Below, one piece after another: positions 1 to 8,471 of a DNA stretch of 12,469 nucleotides. The number at the start of each line of letters is the position of its first letter. The stretch's first letter is position 1. Source of the DNA: a virus (Duplodnaviria > Heunggongvirae > Uroviricota > Caudoviricetes). The stretch lies in the IMG/VR virus record IMGVR_UViG_2663763280_000001, one strand, 5' to 3'. Under the pieces are notes generated by a model. It ran no database searches. It was given only the letters and a program-made list of their open reading frames with translations, and was not told the origin of the DNA. The position numbers and the translations under genes are program-made.

Positions 1-103
1 AGGTCTGATGGTGTTTGGTGTGGTGGATTTCCATGGTCTGCTTATCGAAGTGCGGTTCCAGGGCATCGTAAGCATACGGCAGGGATGGCAGGGTATAGCT
101 CAT
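1..103 (-). CDS. sodA: Mn superoxide dismutase, N-terminal 34 codons (partial; continues beyond window start)
   Basis: Minus-strand ATG at 103..101 preceded by GGAG at 113..110. Translation [34 protein letters not shown] matches the SodA N-terminus as I remember it, including the His-rich Fe/Mn-SOD motif. Confidence 0.85.
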   Translation of the reverse strand, partial: MSYTLPSLPYAYDALEPHFDKQTMEIHHTKHHQT

Positions 104-217
104 ATTCATCTCCAGTATTGTCGGGCGGCCGATTGTTAATGCCGCGTAAGCAGTTGGTTCATTATAGTTAATTAAATGATATTGAAAATGATTATCAATG
201 CCGTACTTTTCGTAAGG
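104..217 (-). promoter_or_regulatory. sodA 5' region: SD GGAG (113..110), -10 TATAAT (166..161), Fur-box-like AT-rich dyad (about 175..196)
   Basis: Minus strand reads ...GATAATCATTTTCAATATCATTTAATTAACTATAATGAACC...GGAGATGAATATG. The TATAAT and the GATAAT-rich dyad are seen directly; assigning them to the sodA promoter and Fur site is from memory. Confidence 0.6.
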
Positions 218-913
218 CACCTGCTGGCTGCCGAACTGTTCCGAGTCCACCTGCACGCCGACCAGTGCCGTGTTCGGGTAGCACTGTTTCACATCGATGA
301 TTTCGGTGTATGACGACCAGAGCGTTTTGTTCTGCAGCTGGTCTGTGGTGCTGTCCGGCGTCATTCTGCGCATCCGGATATTAAACGGGCGCGGCGGCAG
401 GTTATCCACCAACACCGAGGCCAGATACTGCGAGGTGGTTTTGCCCTTAATGGTGATGTCTTTTTCCGTCACCCAGCCACCATTACGCTGTATCTGAACC
501 AGCAGGCGAACTTCCGACGGATTCCAGTCCCCCTTTGAGGTGGTTTCCACCAGTGCCTGCACACCGAAGGTAAAGCGCAGTCGGTCGATGTTTGCCGACG
601 TGATGGCGCGGGTGATCGGCGTGTCGTATTTCACTTCCGTACCCAACACCGTCTCGGAGCCGGAGGATTCAAATCCCTCCGGCGGAGTCTGCTCCTGCTC
701 ACCAGCCCGGAACACCACCGTGACACCGGCGATGTTGGTATTCCCATCACTGTCCAGCACCGACGTACTGTTCAGCAGCACGCTTTTTAATCCATCCACC
801 GGACCTTCAATCGGCCCTTCACTGATGGCATCAATCACACTCAGCAACTGCGTGGACTTCAGGTTGTCCTTCGCTTCGCGCGGGGTATGCCCCTTACTGC
901 TTCCTTTACCCAT
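218..913 (-). pseudogene. J: Tail tip / central fibre protein J, N-terminal 232 codons only (lambda J is about 1132 aa)
   Basis: ATG at 913..911 with AGGA upstream. Translation [49 protein letters not shown]...QFGSQQV follows the lambda J N-terminus, then changes abruptly to sodA upstream sequence after codon 232. Confidence 0.85.
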
Positions 914-935
914 TCCTCACGCTCCATAAACGACA

Positions 936-955
936 AAACCGCCCGCAGGCGGTTT
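936..955 (-). terminator. Perfect 8-bp stem / 4-nt loop hairpin in the I-J intergenic spacer (AAACCGCC-xxxx-GGCGGTTT), U-rich 3' side on the minus strand
   Basis: Inverted repeat seen directly between the I stop (976..974) and the J start (913). Function not established. Confidence 0.3.
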
Positions 956-973
956 CACATAAAACATTTTGCA

Positions 974-1645
974 TCAGCGACCAATCACCACAACCTGACC
1001 ACCGTCCCCTTCGTCTGCCGTGCTGATCTCCTGAGAAACCACGCGTGACCCCACGCGCATTTCCCCGTACAGAACAGGCAGAACATTGCCCTGGGCAACC
1101 ATGTTATCCAGTGAGGAGAAATAGGTGTTCTGCTTACCGTTATCCGTTGTCTGTGTACGGGGAGTTCTGGCTTTCGGTGCCAGCATCTGCGCCACACCAC
1201 CGAGCACCATACTGGCACCGAGAGAAAACAGGATGCCGGTCATACCACCGGCCCCAATGGCTGCCCCCCATGCTGCAAGGGTGGCTCCGGCGGTAAAGAA
1301 TGATCCGGCAATGGCGGCAGCCCCCAGGACAATCTGGAATACGCCACCTGACTTGGCCCCGGCGACTCTGGGAACAATATGAATCACAGCGCCATCAGGC
1401 AGAGTCTCATGTAACTGCGCCGTTAACCCGGACGTGCTGACGTCCCGCCCGGCAATCCGTACCTGATACCAGCCGTCGCTCAGTTTCTGACGAAACGCCG
1501 GGAGCTGTGTGGCCAGTGCCCGGATGGCTTCAGCCCCCGTTTTCACACGAAGGTCGATGCGGCGACCAAATCGTTGTAAATCCCCGTAAAGGCAGATGCG
1601 CGCCATGCCCGGTGACGCCAGAGGGAGTGTGTGCGTCGCTGCCAT
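974..1645 (-). CDS. I: Tail tip assembly protein I (223 aa)
   Basis: ATG at 1645..1643, stop at 976..974; 223 aa as in lambda I; overlaps the K 3' end by 103 nt as in lambda. Confidence 0.92.
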   Translation of the reverse strand: MAATHTLPLASPGMARICLYGDLQRFGRRIDLRVKTGAEAIRALATQLPAFRQKLSDGWYQVRIAGRDVSTSGLTAQLHETLPDGAVIHIVPRVAGAKSGGVFQIVLGAAAIAGSFFTAGATLAAWGAAIGAGGMTGILFSLGASMVLGGVAQMLAPKARTPRTQTTDNGKQNTYFSSLDNMVAQGNVLPVLYGEMRVGSRVVSQEISTADEGDGGQVVVIGR

Positions 1646-2286
1646 TTGTCGGTGTACCTCTCTCGTTTGCTCAGTTGTTCAGGAATATGGTGCAGCAGCT
1701 CGCCGTCGCCGCAGTAAATTGCGGCGTGATTCGGCACCGATGAACCAAAACAGCACAGCAGCACATCGCCCGGCTGTGCCGCTGACAACGGCACCTGATA
1801 CAGCCCTGTGGCCTCCAGATTATCCAGATAGAGATTCTGGCCGTTACGCCACCAGTCATCCTCACGATGAAAGGCCGGCATCTCAATCCCCGCCAGATGA
1901 TAAGCATCCCGGAACAGTGTGTAACAGTCCGTCACACCGTGCTCAAAGCGCCGCCCGGTGAGATGCGGCACACAGCGGAACTTATGAATCGTCCCCCGGC
2001 AGACCAGCCACCACGGCAAATCACTCTGCACCTGCAGCCGCCGGTCGGCCTCACTCAGCCAGGGCAGACCACCGGGGTGGCTGTGGACCAGCGCCACAAT
2101 CTCACCCTGCATTTCTGCCTGCAGCCAGTCTTCCGGCGACATACGGAAATACGCCTCCGGCTCACCGGAGATATTCACGCAGGGGAAATATCTTTCCCCC
2201 TCCGGCGTGCTTACCACGAAGCCGCACGACTCCGCTGGCGCACATCGCCGGGCGTGCGCCAGAATCGCTGATTCTGTCTGTGTCAT
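1543..2286 (-). CDS. K: Tail tip assembly protein K, JAMM/MPN plus NlpC/P60-type. Open frame is 247 aa from the ATG at 2286; the canonical 199-aa lambda start corresponds to the ATG at 2142
   Basis: Frame is open from the ATG at 2286 (5 nt after the L stop) to the stop at 1545..1543. An internal ATG at 2142 has GGAGG 11 nt upstream. JAMM motif HSHPGGLPWLSEAD is seen directly. Confidence 0.85.
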   Translation of the reverse strand: MTQTESAILAHARRCAPAESCGFVVSTPEGERYFPCVNISGEPEAYFRMSPEDWLQAEMQGEIVALVHSHPGGLPWLSEADRRLQVQSDLPWWLVCRGTIHKFRCVPHLTGRRFEHGVTDCYTLFRDAYHLAGIEMPAFHREDDWWRNGQNLYLDNLEATGLYQVPLSAAQPGDVLLCCFGSSVPNHAAIYCGDGELLHHIPEQLSKRERYTDKWQRRTHSLWRHRAWRASAFTGIYNDLVAASTFV

Positions 2287-2291
2287 GGGAT

Positions 2292-2990
2292 TTACTGCGA
2301 AAGTTTGTTAATGGAAAGGAAGCCGCCAAAGTTGCCGACGTTATTGCGGAACTTACAACCGCTCAGGCATTTGCTGCATTTATCCTTCGTGATATCGGAC
2401 GTTGGCTGGTCATATTCATCCGCGACAGCCGGACCGCTATAACCGCACTCGTCACCGCGATAGGTCCAGGTGCAGGTGTTGGCCAGCATGATACGTCCCG
2501 GAAAAACAGCGCCATCCGTTTCCGTCGGCGTGGACAGTACAAAGGAGGCACTCACCGCGCTCAGTTCGCTGCACTGCTCAATGCGCCAGCGGCTGATCAC
2601 CTCCTGCTCCGGATCGGCGCCACTGTTTCCGTTGACGAAGTTCACCGCATCCAGAAAACGGGCGTAAACCTTACGCCGGACCACCGTTCCACCGACCAGA
2701 CTCTGCAGATCTTCCGCCATCCCGGTGACCATACCGTACAGGTTAGAAACCGTCAGTGTGGGGCGCGTACTGGTGCCTTTGCCATTCAGTTCAAAACCAC
2801 TCCCCTGAATGGGATACGGCTGATACTGTCGCCCCTGCCAGGTGACCGGCTCACCTTTTTCGTTCTGCTCATTACAGAAAAAATAACGTTCTCCACCGAC
2901 CTCTGTCAGGTCGATTTCCCAGAGCACCACGCTGGCCGACTGCTCCGCACGGGTGCATTCATTCAGTGTTTCCTGCCGGATATCCTGCAT
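2292..2990 (-). CDS. L: Minor tail protein L (232 aa)
   Basis: ATG at 2990..2988 overlaps the M stop (ATGA); stop TAA at 2294..2292; length and sequence as lambda L. Confidence 0.92.
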   Translation of the reverse strand: MQDIRQETLNECTRAEQSASVVLWEIDLTEVGGERYFFCNEQNEKGEPVTWQGRQYQPYPIQGSGFELNGKGTSTRPTLTVSNLYGMVTGMAEDLQSLVGGTVVRRKVYARFLDAVNFVNGNSGADPEQEVISRWRIEQCSELSAVSASFVLSTPTETDGAVFPGRIMLANTCTWTYRGDECGYSGPAVADEYDQPTSDITKDKCSKCLSGCKFRNNVGNFGGFLSINKLSQ

Positions 2991-3319
2991 CAGTTCACCA
3001 CCTGTTCAAACTCTGCGCTGAACTCAACACGCAGCATACTGACCCGCGACGACCATTTTGCGCAGGTCACCTTTATCTGCCGCCACTCATAAGGCGGCGT
3101 CCACAGAAAGGCTTTCCAGCCCCCGTGCTCTTCCAGAAACGACTCCAGTACCGTGGCCTCCTCACGGGGGACAGAAAGCGTCACGCTGTACGTTTTCAGG
3201 TTGGCATTCAGCCCGGCAGGCGCTCGCTGGGAATAGCCATCACCAAAGCGCACCTTTCTTACAGAAGGGGCCGAAGCCACATCCATACCGGGTTTCACTT
3301 TCCAGCGGAAGGTTTTCAT
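2990..3319 (-). CDS. M: Minor tail protein M (109 aa)
   Basis: ATG at 3319..3317 overlaps the H stop; 109 aa as lambda M. Confidence 0.92.
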   Translation of the reverse strand: MKTFRWKVKPGMDVASAPSVRKVRFGDGYSQRAPAGLNANLKTYSVTLSVPREEATVLESFLEEHGGWKAFLWTPPYEWRQIKVTCAKWSSRVSMLRVEFSAEFEQVVN

Positions 3320-5895
3320 CGTCCACCTCCGGAGAACAGACCACCATCGCGCATCTGTGCCTGGATTTCATCACGGGCACCCTTGCGGGCCATGTCATAC
3401 ACCGCCTTCATCATCTGTGGACCTGGCAGACCATTCGTACCGTCGTTCTGAATCACCACGTGATTGTTCTGATTAAAATTAATGCCTTCAGCCCGCCGCA
3501 TCTGCGCCGGACTTCCGGCACCGCCCACATAACCACCTTCCGCATAGCCCCGCATCAGGCGGTACAGGTTGCCGACACCAATCCGGCTGGTTGCCTCCTT
3601 CGTGAAGACAAATTCACCACGGTGAACAATCCCCGCTGGCTCATATTTGCCGCCGGTTCCCGTAAATCCCCCGGTCGCAAAATGGAATTTCGCCGCAGCG
3701 GCCTGAATGGCTGTACCGCCTGACGCGGATGCGCCGCCACCAACAGCCCCGCCAATGGCGCTGCCGATACTCCCGACAATCCCCACCATTGCCTGCTTAA
3801 GCAGAATTTCTGTCATCATGGACAGCACGGAGCGGGTGAAGCTGCGCCAGTTCTGTTCACTGCCGGTCAGCATCGCCGCCATATTCTGCGCAATACCATC
3901 AAAGGTCTGCGTGGCTGCACTTTTAACCTGCGACATACTGTCCGTGGCACTCTCTTTCCACTCGCTCCAGCCGGACCTGAGGCCTGCCATCCAGTTCCCG
4001 CGAAGCAGGTCTTCAGCCGCCCAGGTCTTTTTCTGCTCTGACATGACGTTATTCAGCGCCAGAGGATTATCGCCATACTGTTCCTTCAGGCGCTGTTCCG
4101 TGGCTTCCCGTTCTGCCTGCCGGTCAGTCAGCCCCCGGCTTTTCGCATCAATAGCGGCCCGTTTTGCCCGTTGCTGCTGTGCGAATTTATCCGCCTGCTG
4201 CGCCAGCGCGTTCAGGCGCTCCTGATACGTAACCTTGTCGCCAAGTGCAGCCAGCTGGCGTTTGTACTCCAGCGTCTCATCTTTATGCGCCAGCAGGGAT
4301 TTCTCCTGTGCAGACAGCTGGCGACGTTGCGCCGCCTCCTCCAGTACCGCGAACTGACTCTCCGCCTTCCACAAATCCCGGCGCTGCTGGCTGATTTTCT
4401 CATTTGCTCCGGCATGCTTCTCCAGCGTCCGGAGTTCTGCCTGAAGCGTCAGCAGGGCAGCATGAGCACTGTCTTCCTGACGATCGCCCGCAGACACCTT
4501 CACGCCGGACTGTTTCGGCTTTTTCAGCGTCGCTTCATAGTCCTTTTTCGCCGCCGCCATCAGCGTGTTGTAATCTGCCTGCAGAATTTTCCCGTCCTTC
4601 AGTGACTTGTTCAGTTCTTCCTGACGGGCGGTATATTTCTCCAGCGGCGTCTGCAGGCGTTCGTAAGCCTTCTGCGCCTCTTCGGTATATTTCAGCCGTG
4701 ATGCCTCAGACTCGGCCCAGTCCTTTGCTGCCATCTCTCTGGCCTTTTCAAGATCGGCCTGCAACGTGGCGGCTGAAAGCCCAAGTTGCGCATTCGCTCT
4801 CTTCTCCCATGCTCCCCGGAGATTGGCAAGAAATGCTGAGGTTTTACCGCGCCGGTGGCTCCGGCTCTGATACCACTGCCATTTTTTGTCCGCCTCATCA
4901 AAAGCCTTTTCTGCTTTCTCCAGCATTCCCTGGGCAGTGTCCGGGCGACCAATATCCAGCACCGAATCCCACATGGATTTGAATGCCCGTGCTGTCCTGT
5001 CTGCCCAGGTCTCCAGCGTGCCCATGTTCTCTTTCAGGCGGCGGGTCTGGTCATCAAACCCTTTCGTTGCGGCCTCGTTCGCCGCCTGCAATGCCCCGGC
5101 TTCATCTCCGGAACGCTGCAACTGAGCAACATACGCAATCTGCTCCGCCGTCACGTTATGGAACTGACGTGCCATCGCTGTCAGTCCCGACGTCGGGTCT
5201 GTGGTCAGCTTCCCGAAGGCTTCAGCGACCTTGTCCACCTCCACGCCGGATGCAGAGGAGAAACGCGCCACACTCTGGCTGATCGCCTCAAACTGCTCAC
5301 CACCACGCACACCGGCATTCACCAGCGCCGTCAGTGACTCGCTGGTCTGGTTAAACGTCAGCCCTGCCGCCTGCCCGGCTCTGGACAGGACCAGCATACG
5401 ATCTGCCGTCAGTCCCGCCTGATTGCCGGAAAGGACCAGCGTTTTGTTGAAATCGGACAGGGTTGAGTTGCCCTGATACCAGGCATACGCCAGCGCACCG
5501 GTCGCCACCGCCAGCGAGGTGGCCCCCACCATCGGCAGGGTGATCGCACCGGCAAGCCCCCTGAACATGGGGATCATCCCGCCGAAGGAGTCCTTAACCT
5601 GACCACCCTGTTGCAGCAGGATCAGCCACGGGCTTTGCCCGCCTGCAAGCTGCGTGGCCACGTCGGTGAACTGTGCAGGCAGCATACGCATGGCGGCTTT
5701 ATACTGCCCGACGGAAATCCCCGCTTTCTGTGCAGCCAGCGCCTGTCGGCTCAGCGACTGTTCAACGACTGCCGCTGTTTTTTTCGCATCAGTTTCCGTA
5801 CCGGAAAAATGACGCCTGACTCTGGCCATCTGCTCGTCAAATCTGGCCGCATCCAGACTTAAATCAACGACCAGATCGCCTACCGGTTCAGCCAT
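3316..5895 (-). CDS. H: Tail tape measure protein H (859 aa here)
   Basis: ATG at 5895..5893 overlaps the T stop by 8 nt as in lambda. Long, coiled-coil-rich ORF with a Gly-rich C-terminal region, starting MAEPVGDLVVDLSLDAARFDEQ. Confidence 0.92.
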   Translation of the reverse strand: MAEPVGDLVVDLSLDAARFDEQMARVRRHFSGTETDAKKTAAVVEQSLSRQALAAQKAGISVGQYKAAMRMLPAQFTDVATQLAGGQSPWLILLQQGGQVKDSFGGMIPMFRGLAGAITLPMVGATSLAVATGALAYAWYQGNSTLSDFNKTLVLSGNQAGLTADRMLVLSRAGQAAGLTFNQTSESLTALVNAGVRGGEQFEAISQSVARFSSASGVEVDKVAEAFGKLTTDPTSGLTAMARQFHNVTAEQIAYVAQLQRSGDEAGALQAANEAATKGFDDQTRRLKENMGTLETWADRTARAFKSMWDSVLDIGRPDTAQGMLEKAEKAFDEADKKWQWYQSRSHRRGKTSAFLANLRGAWEKRANAQLGLSAATLQADLEKAREMAAKDWAESEASRLKYTEEAQKAYERLQTPLEKYTARQEELNKSLKDGKILQADYNTLMAAAKKDYEATLKKPKQSGVKVSAGDRQEDSAHAALLTLQAELRTLEKHAGANEKISQQRRDLWKAESQFAVLEEAAQRRQLSAQEKSLLAHKDETLEYKRQLAALGDKVTYQERLNALAQQADKFAQQQRAKRAAIDAKSRGLTDRQAEREATEQRLKEQYGDNPLALNNVMSEQKKTWAAEDLLRGNWMAGLRSGWSEWKESATDSMSQVKSAATQTFDGIAQNMAAMLTGSEQNWRSFTRSVLSMMTEILLKQAMVGIVGSIGSAIGGAVGGGASASGGTAIQAAAAKFHFATGGFTGTGGKYEPAGIVHRGEFVFTKEATSRIGVGNLYRLMRGYAEGGYVGGAGSPAQMRRAEGINFNQNNHVVIQNDGTNGLPGPQMMKAVYDMARKGARDEIQAQMRDGGLFSGGGR

Positions 5896-6322
5896 ACCGG
5901 ACTCCTCCTGCGATCCCTTCTGATACTGTCATCAGCATTACGTCATCCTCCGTCATGTCCGCCACATCCGGGGAAGCGGGGATAACTTCATTCCCGTCCG
6001 GGCCAAAACGAACGCCTCCGGCAAGCCCTGCCGCTTTCTGCATCAGCACATCATCTTCAGGCTCTTCGTCAGCCTCGCGCCGGTTCAGCAGACTGAAATC
6101 CAGCGGATGCATCTCCGGATCGCTGAAAAACAGGCTGAGCACGGTGTACGTCAGCCCGGAAAAGTGCATATCCAGCAGAACATCATGAAAATAATGGGTA
6201 CTGTAAAAGCGGTGCCAGTCGGCATACTCCGTGGATGACATCCCGGCAAGCATGGCGCGCCAGTCGGGTCGCCCCATCTCACGCGCCAGTTTCAGGGCAA
6301 AACTCAGCTCACCGTCGAACAC
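5888..6322 (-). CDS. T: T segment of the G-T tail assembly chaperone, expressed only as a G-T fusion by -1 frameshift (no independent start)
   Basis: Open frame in the -1 frame relative to G, beginning at the slippery site and ending at TGA 5890..5888; product ...FDGELSFALKLAREMGRPDW... as lambda gpT. Confidence 0.85.
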   Translation of the reverse strand: MFDGELSFALKLAREMGRPDWRAMLAGMSSTEYADWHRFYSTHYFHDVLLDMHFSGLTYTVLSLFFSDPEMHPLDFSLLNRREADEEPEDDVLMQKAAGLAGGVRFGPDGNEVIPASPDVADMTEDDVMLMTVSEGIAGGVRYG

Positions 6323-6726
6323 TTTCCCGCAGAAACAGGCTCTGCAGGCCCGGCGTCCTCTGCCTGTTCAGGAGCATCATTCACCACAAACTCATACATA
6401 CCGGACAGCCGGTACACCACGTTTTCAGCATGAGAAATTGCCTCTGTGGGCCAGGTGGTAAGCACTTCCTGCTCAATCTGTTTAACGGCTTCATTCATGG
6501 AAGGCAGCTTTGTCTTCTTCGGATGGTTATGCCACAGGGACATCGCCACCAGAAACGCGCCGGTTCTGATGGCGTCTTCCACAGTAAACTTCCGGTTGCT
6601 GTCTGACTCCGCCTGTTCTGCCTGCCGTTTCATCAGGGCGAGATGCTCAATACGCTGCAGGGCTGACAGTTCAGAAAGCGTGACGGTCACACCGTTATGT
6701 TCAAATGATTCGGTTTTCAGGAACAT
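6304..6726 (-). CDS. G: Tail assembly chaperone G (140 aa)
   Basis: ATG at 6726..6724, stop TGA at 6306..6304; C-terminus ...PAEPVSAGKCSTVS as lambda gpG. Confidence 0.92.
   Translation of the reverse strand: MFLKTESFEHNGVTVTLSELSALQRIEHLALMKRQAEQAESDSNRKFTVEDAIRTGAFLVAMSLWHNHPKKTKLPSMNEAVKQIEQEVLTTWPTEAISHAENVVYRLSGMYEFVVNDAPEQAEDAGPAEPVSAGKCSTVS
6322..6328 (-). promoter_or_regulatory. Programmed -1 ribosomal frameshift slippery heptamer G GGA AAG joining G to T
   Basis: Minus-strand GGGAAAG at 6328..6322 sits at the Gly-Lys codons 6 codons before the G stop; the -1 frame continues into the T reading frame. Confidence 0.8.
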
Positions 6727-6741
6727 CGCTGACTCTCCGGA

Positions 6742-7482
6742 TTAACTGGCGGTGACGTTGATTTCTGCAACCGCAGCAAACTCACCATTACCGGATACGA
6801 CCGGAATGTTGACCTTGCCTGCAGCAACACCTTTCACGGTGATGGTCATACCACTGACCGACACGGTGGCTTTTGTTTTATCCGCAGACACCGCACGGAA
6901 GCTCTTGTCGGTTGCGCCATCCGGCTGGAATGCCACGGTCAGCGTGGTGCTCTGCCCTTTCACTACGGAAGCACTGGCGGGTGTCACCGTCATGCCGGTT
7001 GTCGCCGTCACCGTGCTGCGATCTTCTGCCATCGACGGACGTCCCACATTGGTGACCTTCACCGTGCGGGTAATCACTTCCTTCGCCGTCACCGCCTTAC
7101 CGATACTGCTGACCCAGCCACGGAACACATCGACCGTGCCGTTCGGGAAGCGGATTTTATAGGCACGGGTATCGCCTTCATTAAACCACGCCAGCAGCGC
7201 CTGCTGCCCCTGCTCTCCGGGCATCCACGCCAGCGTGAAGCTGGTATCTCCAGCAGATTTCTGCCCCTGCCCGGTCGCAGTCCAGTCTGCATCTTCATCA
7301 TCGAGATAGCTGTCGTCATAAGACTCAGCGGTCAGTTCGCCGGGCGTCAGGTCTTTAACTTTTGCCAGACGCGACCAGTCAACGTCTGAAAGCGGATTCG
7401 CATAAGGGTCACCACTCCCCTTATAAACCCACAGGGTGGTCCCGGCCCCTTTCACCGGCATTACAGGATTTGGTACAGGCAT
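6742..7482 (-). CDS. V: Major tail tube protein V (246 aa) with C-terminal Ig-like domain
   Basis: ATG at 7482..7480 with GAGGA upstream; starts MPVPNP...; C-terminal about 90 aa rich in T/V/S, consistent with an Ig-like fold. Confidence 0.92.
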   Translation of the reverse strand: MPVPNPVMPVKGAGTTLWVYKGSGDPYANPLSDVDWSRLAKVKDLTPGELTAESYDDSYLDDEDADWTATGQGQKSAGDTSFTLAWMPGEQGQQALLAWFNEGDTRAYKIRFPNGTVDVFRGWVSSIGKAVTAKEVITRTVKVTNVGRPSMAEDRSTVTATTGMTVTPASASVVKGQSTTLTVAFQPDGATDKSFRAVSADKTKATVSVSGMTITVKGVAAGKVNIPVVSGNGEFAAVAEINVTAS

Positions 7483-7489
7483 AGCGTCC

Positions 7490-7885
7490 TCACATTTCAT
7501 AGGTAATGACATAAGTCAGATCGGCTGAACTCCACAGGCCCGCATCATCGTCGCGCCGATAGTCATAGCCGCTGGTCACCATACTGGTGATCAAATCTGA
7601 CAGTGCCGGGATATCACTCATCACCGGATAAATCCGGGACTCCATCCACGCATCCAGCTCTGAATCCGGCACCTGAGCAGGCAGGAAAACTTCAATATGC
7701 AGCTCCGCCTGCCAGGTATCGCTGTCCAGCTCTTCGCCCGTGTATTCAGCGCCGGTGAGATAAACGGCAATTGCCGGAAAATCTTCCTCATCAAAAACAG
7801 CGGGGCGACCATCAAAAAGCGTCGCCCCGGTGTCATGCTTCTCCAGTGCATCCAGTACGGCTGCTCGGAGTTCAGTATGTTTCAT
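7490..7885 (-). CDS. U: Tail tube terminator protein U (131 aa)
   Basis: ATG at 7885..7883 overlaps the Z stop (ATGA); 131 aa as lambda U. Confidence 0.92.
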   Translation of the reverse strand: MKHTELRAAVLDALEKHDTGATLFDGRPAVFDEEDFPAIAVYLTGAEYTGEELDSDTWQAELHIEVFLPAQVPDSELDAWMESRIYPVMSDIPALSDLITSMVTSGYDYRRDDDAGLWSSADLTYVITYEM

Positions 7886-8460
7886 CGCTTTATTACCATC
7901 CTCAGTTGATGCTGCAGCGCATAGCCCAGCTCTTTCGGAAGACGCTCACGCCGTATCCGCTCAATATTCTGTTTAAACGCCGTGGTCAGCGGCACCGCCA
8001 TCGGGATTTTCACCACATCAATGGGGTAACGATTTTTCCCGGCCACACGCTGCATGACATGCCAGCGGCCATTTTTCAGTTGCTGAATAAACGCGCCGGG
8101 AATACGACGGTTTCCCACCACAAGCACGCTGCCGCCACCTTTCAGGGCTGAACGCTGCCCCTTTTTACGACGCCTGCGTCGGGACAGGACAATCCGCGCG
8201 TTACCCAGCTTTATTACGGGCAAATCCCCCCGGTTAACCTTGATTCTGGCCTGCGGATTTTTGACCGTGGCCCTTTTCAGCCTGGCCCTTTCCTTTACCA
8301 GTTTCCGGCGTACCTTTGTCTCACGGGCAACCTGTGACGCCGACTGCGATATCGCGGATGAAGCAACGCGGTTAATGGCCATTGCGGCGGCACCGGGCAC
8401 CGCCGTTCTGCTGATACGGCTGAGGTTTTCAACGGCCTGCTCAAGACCTTTTATGGCCAT
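7882..8460 (-). CDS. Z: Tail completion protein Z (192 aa)
   Basis: ATG at 8460..8458; 192 aa; basic Arg/Lys-rich middle region as lambda Z. Confidence 0.92.
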   Translation of the reverse strand: MAIKGLEQAVENLSRISRTAVPGAAAMAINRVASSAISQSASQVARETKVRRKLVKERARLKRATVKNPQARIKVNRGDLPVIKLGNARIVLSRRRRRKKGQRSALKGGGSVLVVGNRRIPGAFIQQLKNGRWHVMQRVAGKNRYPIDVVKIPMAVPLTTAFKQNIERIRRERLPKELGYALQHQLRMVIKR

Positions 8461-8471
8461 ACATCCCCCTT

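Noticed and set aside
104-217. Possibility that sodA is a phage-borne superoxide dismutase, by analogy with sodC carried near tail genes in some lambdoid prophages
   Set aside because: The gene has the chromosomal-type sodA leader with Fur-box-like and promoter elements and a Mn/Fe-SOD N-terminus, not the periplasmic Cu/Zn SodC. It is joined to J by a mid-gene break, not carried as a cargo gene after an intact tail fibre region.
2280-3092. 270-aa plus-strand ORF, and similar plus-strand ORFs in the track at 540..929, 1867..2271, 3058..3723, 3707..4225, 4404..4982, 4855..5337, 6235..6606 and 6752..7162
   Set aside because: All lie antisense to well-supported minus-strand lambda genes, have no convincing SD or start context and low-complexity, Arg/Pro/Ser-rich translations typical of the antisense frame of GC-rich coding DNA.
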